From the NCBI GenBank assembly GCA_044359535.1, contig JBIKLZ010000032.1, positions 1 through 14,143 of the forward strand: a DNA stretch of 14,143 nucleotides, read 5' to 3'. Below, one piece after another: positions 1 through 7,493 of the stretch. The DNA comes from Chlamydiia bacterium. GTDB taxonomy: Bacteria > Chlamydiota > Chlamydiia > Chlamydiales > 2-12-FULL-49-11. Under the pieces are notes generated by a model that saw nothing but the letters and a program-made list of their open reading frames with translations, was not told where the DNA came from and searched no databases. Made by a program: the position numbers and the translations under genes. Every line of letters begins with the position of its first letter. Positions within the stretch are counted from its first letter, which is position 1.

Positions 1-217
1 CCAGCCAGTACATCTGTACTAAAAAATAACAGACCCCCCATCCATAACAATAAATGGCTCGAATCTTTCTTTTTTCAAAATAAAAAAGGGATAAAATAAG
101 GGCAGGATAACCAAAAAAATAGGCACAAGCACACGCTATCTTTGATTCCGGAGTCGCCCATAAAGGGATAAGGCTGGCAAGAAAGAGGCATAAGTACCCT
201 TTTTTAGAGTTCATCAT
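1..217 (-). CDS. lnt: Apolipoprotein N-acyltransferase, N-terminal part only (runs off the left edge; not in the ORF track)
   Basis: Manual translation from ATG 217 (alternative ATG 214) stays open to the edge: MMNSKKGYLCLFLASLIPLWATPESKIACACAYFFGYPALILSLFYFEKRKIRAIYCYGWGVCYFLVQMYWL. The pattern of a TM ending in A-x-P, a TM with GY, and a basic loop followed by W-G-x-x-Y-F-x4-Y-W-L resembles Lnt/CutE N-termini. The start overlaps the end of the DoxX-like gene. The catalytic domain lies outside the window. Confidence 0.7.
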   Translation of the reverse strand, partial: MMNSKKGYLCLFLASLIPLWATPESKIACACAYFFGYPALILSLFYFEKRKIRAIYCYGWGVCYFLVQMYWL

Positions 218-653
218 GCACTATCACTTGTCTATCATTAATTTTATTTCCAGAAAGCAAGAGAAAAAGCCCCCCAAGTAGAGCAAGGTTCTTTAAAAAA
301 AGGACCAAGTTTGAATGCATTTGTTCTCCTTGGTAAAACCAAAAAGGAAAATAGATAAGGGTAGAGCAAACAATACCCAAAATAAGGAGAAAAGCCCCTA
401 GTTTTTCAAAAAAGGAAAATAGAACCATCAATCCCCCAACAATATATAAAAAGATGCCCATCCCAAGCAATACCGCAATATAAGAGGTAAGAATATCTAA
501 AAATGTTCCTATAGACTCAAAATTTCCTTTAAACATTTGCCAGTTCACCACTGCGGCGTCTAATTCTGTGTAGGATTCATCCCAATTATATAAGGCAAAC
601 GCTCCAAAAATAATAAACATTATTGAAAGAAAGCTCCTTCCTAAAAGTCTCAT
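204..653 (-). CDS. DoxX/SURF4-like inner-membrane protein (about 149 aa, about 4 TM helices)
   Basis: N-terminal LLGRSFLSIMFI, central GGLMVLF..KLGAFLL and C-terminal FLKNLALLGGLFLL match DoxX-family motifs. Start moved from 659 to ATG 653 because AGGAGG (665-660) directly abuts ATG 659 but lies 6 nt from ATG 653. Confidence 0.75.
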   Translation of the reverse strand: MRLLGRSFLSIMFIIFGAFALYNWDESYTELDAAVVNWQMFKGNFESIGTFLDILTSYIAVLLGMGIFLYIVGGLMVLFSFFEKLGAFLLILGIVCSTLIYFPFWFYQGEQMHSNLVLFLKNLALLGGLFLLLSGNKINDRQVIVHDEL

Positions 654-659
654 CCACAT

Positions 660-665
660 CCTCCT
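660..665 (-). promoter_or_regulatory. Shine-Dalgarno site of the DoxX-like gene
   Basis: Perfect AGGAGG on the minus strand, 6 nt upstream of ATG 653. Confidence 0.75.
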
Positions 666-701
666 ATTTTCCTTTTTATATCCTAAAATCCTTTAAAAGG
701 G

Positions 702-707
702 TATACT
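702..707 (+). promoter_or_regulatory. Putative -10 box for rsmB (leaderless geometry)
   Basis: TATACT followed by 7 pyrimidines (tttcccc) and then ATG 715. No SD and no convincing -35 box. Confidence 0.5.
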
Positions 708-714
708 TTTCCCC

Positions 715-1845
715 ATGTGGAGCCCCTTTAGAAAAAAACATTTAGAAATTGTTCTTGAAACTGCTTTTCGATCAAAAGTCTCTTTAGATCTTCACATGCA
801 TAAATATTTTACCCTTACAAAAAGCCTTGGGTCAAAAGATCGCCTCTTTATCAAACAGGGAGTGTACGATATTATAAAATGGAAGGGGCTGTTCTCCTTT
901 TATGGGGCAACCACCTCAAAAGAATTTGTTGAACTCTATTTATCAGAGAGCTCTCCACTTGGAAAAGACCTTGGCTTTCTCCCCTCTCACCAACAGGTGA
1001 GTTTTCCAAAATGGCTTTTTAAAAAAATTGTTGCGTCTTTAGGTTATGAAGAGGCAATGCAGTTTTGTAAAGTAAGCAATTCCATTGCCCCTGTCACCAT
1101 TCGATTAAATCCTTTAAAGTGCTCTAAAGAGGATTTTTTTAACACTCATAAAGAACATTTAGGACTTATTCCCTGTGCAAACGCCCCTTATGGTTTTCAT
1201 GTGGAAAAAAAGGTCCAATTTACTTCTATGGAAGCATTTGAAAAAGGGTTTTTTGAACCTCAAGATGAAGCCTCTCAATTAATTAGTACCTTTGTAAAGG
1301 CTCAAAAAGATCAGCACATTCTTGATTATTGTGCTGGAAGTGGAGGAAAAACCCTTGCTTTTGCCCCTGAAATGAAAGGCTCTGGACAAATCCACCTCCA
1401 TGACATCCGAGAAAAGCCACTAATGGATGCAAAAAAGCGGCTAAAACGTGCAGGGATTCAAAATTTTCAAACATACCTTGGCAAGGATAAGCGATTACAG
1501 TCCTTAGTAGGAAAAATGCATACTGTCCTTGTCGATGCCCCTTGTTCTTGCACAGGAACCTTACGAAGGCGCCCTGATCAAAAATGGGCCCTTACCGAAT
1601 CCTTTCTTGAAGAAATCACCTCTATACAAAAAGATATTGTCATCAACGCCCTCCCTTTCCTAAGAAAGGATGGCACGTTGATTTATGCTACGTGCAGCGT
1701 TTTAAAAGAAGAAAATCAAGATCAAACAGAATTTTTAAAAGAACGGAAGGATTTAGTCTTTATTTCTGAGCACTTTATTCCCCTTACAAAAGGGGGTAGC
1801 GATGCCATGTACTTAAGTATCTTTCAAAAAAAATCTCTTGTGTAG
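715..1845 (+). CDS. rsmB: RsmB/NOP2 (Fmu/Sun) family SAM-dependent RNA m5C methyltransferase, 376 aa
   Basis: Motifs QDEASQL, LDYCAGSGGKT (motif I), VLVDAPCSCTGTLRRRPD (motif IV Cys) and LIYATCSVLKEENQ (motif VI Cys). The N-terminal SLGSKDR is typical of the Fmu-type subgroup. The exact rRNA target cannot be determined from sequence. Confidence 0.9.
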   Translation: MWSPFRKKHLEIVLETAFRSKVSLDLHMHKYFTLTKSLGSKDRLFIKQGVYDIIKWKGLFSFYGATTSKEFVELYLSESSPLGKDLGFLPSHQQVSFPKWLFKKIVASLGYEEAMQFCKVSNSIAPVTIRLNPLKCSKEDFFNTHKEHLGLIPCANAPYGFHVEKKVQFTSMEAFEKGFFEPQDEASQLISTFVKAQKDQHILDYCAGSGGKTLAFAPEMKGSGQIHLHDIREKPLMDAKKRLKRAGIQNFQTYLGKDKRLQSLVGKMHTVLVDAPCSCTGTLRRRPDQKWALTESFLEEITSIQKDIVINALPFLRKDGTLIYATCSVLKEENQDQTEFLKERKDLVFISEHFIPLTKGGSDAMYLSIFQKKSLV

Positions 1846-1866
1846 AATCCCTTTTTACCCTACCAT
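1838..1866 (+). promoter_or_regulatory. Putative sigma66/sigma70 promoter for the surA-like and rsmA genes
   Basis: TTGTGT (1838-1843), 17 nt spacer, TACCAT (1861-1866), 7 nt, ATG 1874. Confidence 0.55.
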
Positions 1867-1873
1867 CATTGCT

Positions 1874-2899
1874 ATGAAGTATTTACCTATAAAAACTTTT
1901 TTTCTATCTTTTGCCTTTGGGGCAAGCGCCCTTTTTGGGTCAAACATTCAAATTCAAAATCGCATTTTAACTCAAGTTGGACATCAAACAATTACCGTCC
2001 TTGATGTAAAAAAGGAAATGGATAGACAAATCTATCGTAGAGATCCAAAACTCTTTGACTCTCCTGAAGCTACATGCAGTTACTACTACCAAAATTGGAA
2101 AAGCACCTTACAAAAAATCACTCAAGATGAAATTTTTCTCCTTGAAGCCGAGCAGATGAAATATGAAATCCCCTCTCATGAAATCACACAAAAGGTCACT
2201 TACCTATTTGGTGATAATGAATGTGAAGCCTACAGATTTTTATCTATCACCCCAGAGGAAGCCACAGCTTCTGCAAAAAGAGAGATCTATTCAGGTCACC
2301 TCTCATGGTTTAAAATTTGGGCTCAAACTCTATCAGAGGCAACACCAAAGGCGATCCTTGAAGCCTACAACTCTTATGCAGAAAATCTTTCTAAACAAGA
2401 TAGTTGGACCTATCAAGCTCTATATGTCTCAGGGAAAGAAAAAGGGCTTGTTGATGAAGCGGCTCAAAAAATCACCTCCTTACTAAAGGAAAGTCACTCT
2501 TGCAACCTATCGGCGATCGTAGATCAACTCCATTCCCCCTCTCAAGAAGTTTTTGTCTCCCTTTCTAAGGATATCACTCTAAAGACACATGAATTATCTC
2601 CTTCTCTTTTAGACACTTTAGCCTCTCTTGAAGAGGGGATGGCCTCCTCCCCTATTTGTGGTAGTAAAGGGGCTACATTTAATGCAAAAATTCTTCAACT
2701 TAAAGAGCATAAAAAGCAAGAAATCCCCCCTTTAGCCACAGTAAGTGAAGACTTAAAAAATGCCATTGTTTCATCCTTGGGCGACAAGCACACACGGGAA
2801 TACTTTGCTCCGTTGTATAAGCAATATGATGTCCAAGGTCTATTTGGAGAAGAACTCCTTACTAGCAAATTAGAACCTTTTTTACTTGTAAATGAATAA
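1874..2899 (+). CDS. SurA-like periplasmic chaperone with a degenerate parvulin domain (about 341 aa)
   Basis: Signal peptide MKYLPIKTFFLSFAFGASALFG. NRILTQVGHQTITVLDV matches the start of the SurA N-domain. ELSPSLLDTLASLEEGMASSPI resembles the parvulin C-terminal motif. The gene lies immediately upstream of rsmA, as surA does (with pdxA between) in E. coli. ATG 1874 is preferred to the track's TTG 1838. Confidence 0.65.
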   Translation: MKYLPIKTFFLSFAFGASALFGSNIQIQNRILTQVGHQTITVLDVKKEMDRQIYRRDPKLFDSPEATCSYYYQNWKSTLQKITQDEIFLLEAEQMKYEIPSHEITQKVTYLFGDNECEAYRFLSITPEEATASAKREIYSGHLSWFKIWAQTLSEATPKAILEAYNSYAENLSKQDSWTYQALYVSGKEKGLVDEAAQKITSLLKESHSCNLSAIVDQLHSPSQEVFVSLSKDITLKTHELSPSLLDTLASLEEGMASSPICGSKGATFNAKILQLKEHKKQEIPPLATVSEDLKNAIVSSLGDKHTREYFAPLYKQYDVQGLFGEELLTSKLEPFLLVNE

Positions 2900-3746
2900 A
2901 TTTCAACCCACAAAAATTTCCATAATAAAAAAAATATGGGAAGAAGAAGGGTTTACATTAAAAAAATCTCTATCTCAAAATTTTCTCATTGATCAAAACG
3001 TTGTTGAAAAAATCTTAAATGCCGCTCAGATTTCTGAAAAAGACACTGTCCTTGAAATAGGGCCTGGATCAGGAGCTCTTACTGTAAGTATGTTAGATCG
3101 GGGGGCAACAGTCTATGCTATTGAAATCGATCCCCTAGCTTCAAAGATTTTAGTAAAGTATCTACACGAAAATCCCCGATTTCATCTCATAAACCAAGAT
3201 GTTCTAAAAGTGGATTTTTCCTTTCTTCCCATCGGAACTAAAATTGTTTCTAACCTTCCCTACCACATCACCTCCCCGATTATTGCAAAAATTGCTGATC
3301 ATCATTTTCTTTTTACTGAGGTGATCTTAATGGTACAAAAAGAGATGGGAGAAAGGATCATGGCAAAAGCCCCTTCAAAGAATAGAAGTTCGTTCTCTAT
3401 TTTTACAAGTTACTATTTTGAAAAAAAATCTTTATTTGTTGTAAAGCCCACCTGCTTTGTCCCCCCCCCAACCATCGACTCGGTCATTATTTCCCTCCGC
3501 CCGAAAAAAAATCTTCCCTTAAAAAATCCAGAATCCTTTTTTAGCTTTGTGAGAAAGGCTTTTTCTCAAAAAAGAAAAATGTGCTCAAGTGTTTTAAAAG
3601 ATCTAGAGATTAAAGAGTATCTAAAATCTTTGGGACTTAATGAAAAGGCGCGCCCTGAAGAATTGACCACTTTAGATTTTCTAAGACTATACAACCTTGC
3701 GGCCCCTTTTTGGAATGAGGAAAAAGAGGATAAAGATAGAAGTTAA
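2892..3746 (+). CDS. rsmA: 16S rRNA m6,2A1518/1519 dimethyltransferase KsgA/RsmA, 284 aa
   Basis: KKSLSQNFLID, VLEIGPGSGALT, AIEID, SNLPYHITSPII, MVQKE, FVPPPTIDS, AFSQKRK and RPEEL motifs. The start overlaps the upstream stop by 8 nt (ATGAATAA). Confidence 0.97.
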   Translation: MNKFQPTKISIIKKIWEEEGFTLKKSLSQNFLIDQNVVEKILNAAQISEKDTVLEIGPGSGALTVSMLDRGATVYAIEIDPLASKILVKYLHENPRFHLINQDVLKVDFSFLPIGTKIVSNLPYHITSPIIAKIADHHFLFTEVILMVQKEMGERIMAKAPSKNRSSFSIFTSYYFEKKSLFVVKPTCFVPPPTIDSVIISLRPKKNLPLKNPESFFSFVRKAFSQKRKMCSSVLKDLEIKEYLKSLGLNEKARPEELTTLDFLRLYNLAAPFWNEEKEDKDRS

Positions 3747-4952
3747 GGTTAGGAAGGGGTAGCGCGCAATCCATTGGATCACTTTATTAAGGATAAGGGA
3801 AATCCTATAGGTTAGACAATAACCTATAGAGTCTTTTGCAAAAAGTGGGTATTGGGCAATAGGTTGATAATTGCTACTATAAACATCTAAAGTAGCCACA
3901 AGGGAATTGGCATCTAGGGGCCCTTTTATTTCATTCCAGTTGACCTCAGCGAAAAATTCCTTTTCCTCGGAAGGGTAAAATTCTATAATGCAATCCTCAC
4001 CAAGTTTTGCAATCAGCGCCTTATTTGCCCAAGGGTATTGAATAGAAAAAGCACTGTCTTGCTTGTTAAAAAGAAAGCGGCGCTCCTTTTTTTCCTCAAA
4101 GGCAGCAGTGAAAACTTTACTACAATCGTCATAAAGCAAAAATCGATTTTCTGCTTTGTTTACTACAACAATGAGTGCGCGCTCCCCTTTTTTTCCATAG
4201 ACGGCTATATTGTGTTTGGCTGCTTTATGGTATCCAGTTTTGCCCCCTATGACATAGGGTAAAAAGTGACGCCCTTGCGGATCAATAAGTCTATTAGAAT
4301 TTTTTAATGCCCTTGAAGGGGAAAAGTTAGTTTTAGGGATCTGATAATCAAGAGTTGAGATCAACTCAACAAGGATGGGGTGACTTAACGCTTTTTGTAA
4401 AATGATAGCTAAGTCAAAGGGGCTACTAACATGCTCTGGGTGATGCAGTCCATGGGGGTTTAAAAAGTGGGTGTTTTTACATCCAATTCTCCGAAGGTAG
4501 GTGTTGATATGGAACATACAGCTTTCAATAGACTCAAAATAGACCCCAGCAAGGACATTTGCTGCATCATTAGCAGATTTTACAATCAAGGCGTAGAGTA
4601 AATCTTTCATAGCGATTTTTTCCCCTCCACGTAAATAAATACTTACCCCATCATACTCAAGAAGATAGGGGGGAAGTGAATAACTGCTTTCCTCTTTCAC
4701 TTTTGCAGAGATCCCTTTTAAAAGTTTTTGATCACAGACTATCTGTTGATCGATATTCACTTCACATTCTTCAAGTAGGTAAAGAGCTAAAGCAAGCTTT
4801 GTCACACTTCCTGGATAGATCCTTTGATCCATATTCTTTTGATAAATGACATCCCCTGTCTCAGCATTCATAGCACAGACAAATGGGGAAGAGGTTGTGA
4901 CTGAAAGAGAAGCGGCAAAAACGACCATAGGAAATAAAAAAAGCCACATCAT
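3687..4952 (-). CDS. dacC: Serine-type D-alanyl-D-alanine carboxypeptidase (peptidase S11, PBP5/6-like) with a C-terminal membrane anchor, about 421 aa
   Basis: SxxK (PGSVTK), SxN (SANDAA), FLNPHGL and KTG (GGKTGY) motifs. N-terminal hydrophobic signal. C-terminal TM followed by the basic tail PKRGRK. ATG 4952 (or 4949) is preferred to TTG 4988, which coincides with a -35 box. Confidence 0.92.
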   Translation of the reverse strand: MMWLFLFPMVVFAASLSVTTSSPFVCAMNAETGDVIYQKNMDQRIYPGSVTKLALALYLLEECEVNIDQQIVCDQKLLKGISAKVKEESSYSLPPYLLEYDGVSIYLRGGEKIAMKDLLYALIVKSANDAANVLAGVYFESIESCMFHINTYLRRIGCKNTHFLNPHGLHHPEHVSSPFDLAIILQKALSHPILVELISTLDYQIPKTNFSPSRALKNSNRLIDPQGRHFLPYVIGGKTGYHKAAKHNIAVYGKKGERALIVVVNKAENRFLLYDDCSKVFTAAFEEKKERRFLFNKQDSAFSIQYPWANKALIAKLGEDCIIEFYPSEEKEFFAEVNWNEIKGPLDANSLVATLDVYSSNYQPIAQYPLFAKDSIGYCLTYRISLILNKVIQWIARYPFLTLTSIFILFFLIPKRGRKVV

Positions 4953-4959
4953 AACATTT

Positions 4960-4988
4960 ATCGTATCCATTAAATCGATTAAACTCAA
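4960..4988 (-). promoter_or_regulatory. Putative sigma66/sigma70 promoter for dacC
   Basis: Minus strand: TTGAGT (4988-4983), 17 nt spacer, TACGAT (4965-4960), 7 nt, ATG 4952. Confidence 0.65.
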
Positions 4989-5001
4989 GAAGTCTCAAAA
5001 G

Positions 5002-5033
5002 TTGATAAAAAAAAGTAAAAAAAAGTGTATCAA
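5002..5033. repeat. TTGATA/TATCAA inverted repeat enclosing a tandem (A8GT)x2
   Basis: TTGATA at 5002-5007 and TATCAA at 5028-5033. AAAAAAAAGT occurs twice at 5007-5026. Confidence 0.6.
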
Positions 5034-5087
5034 TAAATTTCTCTGATCGCTATGTAGGGATTTAAACCATGTGCTCAAAAGGTGATC

Positions 5088-5519
5088 ATGATCAAACCAG
5101 AAAAACTTGAAGAATACTATGAAAAATTCTTAGAAGACCCCTCCTATTGGGTTCAAGATGGCGTTGTTGAGGTTCATCTTGAAATGCTTAAGGATTGGGG
5201 GTTGCTCAATCAATCTGAGGAAGAAGAAAAGCTTCTTCAAGACCAATTTCCCTTCTATTTTCACGTCCTTGAAAATACAAGTAAGGTCACCTTATTTAAC
5301 AATCAATTCATTGTTTGGATTATCCCTGAAATCATTCAAGAGCTTCATTCAACACGGGTGATGATCGCTCTTATTAAAGACAATGACTTGAAACTAGAAA
5401 TTGTCTATACAACTAGTGGTGTCTATAATACTCCAAAATATGTCCTAAAAACGTTAAGACACTTTTTAACAGAGGTGATAGATACAGAAGAAGAGATCTC
5501 AAGCTTTCTTAAACAATAG
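5088..5519 (+). CDS. Conserved chlamydial hypothetical protein (positional equivalent of CT550), acidic, about 143 aa
   Basis: Fills the gap between dacC and rsbW. SD-like AAGGTGAT precedes ATG 5088 (alternative start GTG 5082). No signal peptide or TM helix. Homology is inferred from recalled synteny, not from a search. Confidence 0.75.
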   Translation: MIKPEKLEEYYEKFLEDPSYWVQDGVVEVHLEMLKDWGLLNQSEEEEKLLQDQFPFYFHVLENTSKVTLFNNQFIVWIIPEIIQELHSTRVMIALIKDNDLKLEIVYTTSGVYNTPKYVLKTLRHFLTEVIDTEEEISSFLKQ

Positions 5520-5525
5520 AGCCCT

Positions 5526-5939
5526 TTAGCCCCTTATTTTTTTTGTCAAAGTAAGAATGTTTTGATTGTCACAATAACTATATTCCATTTTATCCACCAT
5601 TTTATGGATAAATAGGATCCCTAGCCCCCCCTCTTTTTGAGACTCACAACTTTTTGGAGGAGTTATTTCTGGTAAAAGTGCCGGATTAAAAGGAGTTCCT
5701 GAATCCTTTAATTGAAATTGAATGACACCTGATTCCTTATCAATGTCATAGGCAATTTCTACCAAACCGTCTTTCCCTTCATAGGCATATAAAATGATAT
5801 TCAAAATGGCCTCTTCTAAAGCCAATTCAAATTTTTTTGCTTCTGATGGACCCATTGCAGTGCTTGCAATCACTTTGCGATAGTAGGCCATAATTGAATC
5901 TAACTGAGAGACCGAAGCTTGAAAACACTGCTTTTCCAA
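5526..5939 (-). CDS. rsbW: Anti-sigma factor / serine kinase RsbW (HATPase_c_2), 137 aa
   Basis: N-box ELALEEAILNIILYAY, G1 box DSGTPFNP, G2 box EGGLGILFIHKMVD, and C-terminal NILTLTK. TTG start with a GAGGT SD overlapping the upstream stop. Confidence 0.92.
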   Translation of the reverse strand: MEKQCFQASVSQLDSIMAYYRKVIASTAMGPSEAKKFELALEEAILNIILYAYEGKDGLVEIAYDIDKESGVIQFQLKDSGTPFNPALLPEITPPKSCESQKEGGLGILFIHKMVDKMEYSYCDNQNILTLTKKIRG

Positions 5940-5945
5940 AAAACC

Positions 5946-6557
5946 TCAACTGCCTGTTTTGATCTTTGATTTGGCAAGTCTTGAAACTATTTTTTTTGCT
6001 AAATCTTCATAAGCAGGTCTGTAAGATTCTCCCTGAGCACCCTCTTCAGAGTCCAATTGACCTAAAGAGTATTGCAAAACACTTAAATCACCGACGTAAG
6101 GATCATTAAACTCAAGAGTCCCAGGAACTGTCGGGTTAACAAAATCGTAAATACTTTCTGCTTTTAGGAAAAAAGGTTCTATCACCGTTTCTCCTGACTT
6201 TGCATCTACAAGCTCTACCTTTGCAACCACCTCTCTTTGACCCTCTGTTGGATAAAAAACCTCTAAATCGGCGTTTGTTTGAGGGTTTCTATCCCACATA
6301 AAAGCAATTTTTGATGTTGAATCCTCTGTGATCGTTACAAGGAGCTTATATTTTGCATTTCGATCCTTGTAGTTGAACCTATTTGTGTAGGCCATTTCGC
6401 GCGCAATTTGATTTCTCAAAATACCCTTGGCATCCTTTTTTATTACTGGGATAGAGGTTTCTAATGCTCTATCACCATTATGTTCTAATTGGGCTACTTT
6501 ATAGTTGCAAGAAGTGCATAAAAGAAGACACACAGCTAAAAAGGAAGTCTTTTTCAT
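5946..6557 (-). CDS. Lipoprotein, LptE-like (positional equivalent of CT548), 203 aa
   Basis: Signal II with lipobox LCTS-C17 followed by NY (compare GCG[FY] of LptE). Central beta-strand pattern, and the C-terminal helix YEDLAKKIVSRL resembles LptE. ATGA overlap with the upstream gene. Confidence 0.6.
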   Translation of the reverse strand: MKKTSFLAVCLLLCTSCNYKVAQLEHNGDRALETSIPVIKKDAKGILRNQIAREMAYTNRFNYKDRNAKYKLLVTITEDSTSKIAFMWDRNPQTNADLEVFYPTEGQREVVAKVELVDAKSGETVIEPFFLKAESIYDFVNPTVPGTLEFNDPYVGDLSVLQYSLGQLDSEEGAQGESYRPAYEDLAKKIVSRLAKSKIKTGS

Positions 6558-7489
6558 TCAGCTCCTATCAAAATAGAGGATTGAGGGGTGTTTTGTAATT
6601 CTTTAAACTGGTCTAGGTTATAGGCAGCCACCTTTTGAACGGCCAAAGTCGCATATTTTGAAGAAGGGTATTTTGCAATCAGTGTCTCTAAATACATTGT
6701 TGCCGATACATATTTCTTTTTCTTTTCAAAGAATAAAGCGCTTTTATAAATCTCTTCAGCATATAAATCGATAATCTCTAGCATGGCCTCTTCCATTTGT
6801 CCTTTTAAAGAGCTCGATGGGTAGATTTCATCAAATTTTTTCTTATTTAAAAGGGCAAATTCATACCATTTTGGGTCAAGGTACTCCACTTTTATCTGTC
6901 TTTTATACACTTTCATGATTTGTATAAAAGATTCTTGAGCAAGGGGATTATTTGAAAACTTTCTTATAAGTTGTGAAAAACCCTCTACACTTTCACTAAA
7001 TAGATCTTCTTGTAAATACATAGAGGCTTTTCTAAACATCGCTTTGGCAGCAAACTCACTTCTTGGAATTGTAGATATCACCTCATCATACAATTGATAG
7101 GCTTCTTGCCACATCGACTCAAGCCGTGGTAAAGCAGACACCCCCCATAAATGGCCGTAGTACCCTTTTTCAAATTTTTCTGCTATAAAGTATTTATAAT
7201 GTAACGCTTCTTCAAAATGGGGCGAGCTTCCCTCTTTTTCAAGAAATTTTGTTAAATAATCATTTGCCAAATCAGGATCGTCCATATGGAAGTAACTGAC
7301 TCCAGCAAAAAATAGGACCTCTTTAGTAAAAATCGATTCTGGGTAATTTTTTTCCATCAACGGAGCACTTCGGACAAGAACATCCCATTGTTTCTTTTCA
7401 TAAAGAGCCTGAAGGTTAGAAAAATCACTTTCTTCACTTGCACATAAAAGGATTGGAAAGACAAATAATGCGATTAAATATTTTTTCAT
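6554..7489 (-). CDS. BamD/YfiO-like TPR protein with a signal peptide (positional equivalent of CT547), about 311 aa
   Basis: Repeated TPR turns (NYPES, TIPRS, KFSNNP, IYPSS, KYPSSKYA). The segment ALFFEKKKKYVSATMYLETLIAKYPSS resembles the BamD C-terminal repeat. ATG 7489 lies 4 nt after the dnaE stop and gives the signal peptide MKKYLIALFVFPILLCA. Confidence 0.7.
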   Translation of the reverse strand: MKKYLIALFVFPILLCASEESDFSNLQALYEKKQWDVLVRSAPLMEKNYPESIFTKEVLFFAGVSYFHMDDPDLANDYLTKFLEKEGSSPHFEEALHYKYFIAEKFEKGYYGHLWGVSALPRLESMWQEAYQLYDEVISTIPRSEFAAKAMFRKASMYLQEDLFSESVEGFSQLIRKFSNNPLAQESFIQIMKVYKRQIKVEYLDPKWYEFALLNKKKFDEIYPSSSLKGQMEEAMLEIIDLYAEEIYKSALFFEKKKKYVSATMYLETLIAKYPSSKYATLAVQKVAAYNLDQFKELQNTPQSSILIGAE

Positions 7490-7493
7490 ACTC

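Noticed and set aside
690-710. Short dyads CCTTT-A-AAAGG and AAAAG-N6-CTTTT in the doxX/rsmB intergenic region
   Set aside because: Five-bp arms made of homopolymer runs are common by chance in this sequence.
4953-4988. TTG 4988 start for dacC (and likewise TTG 1838 for the surA-like gene)
   Set aside because: In both cases the TTG is the first half of a -35 box at 17-nt spacing, and the downstream ATG gives a cleaner signal peptide.
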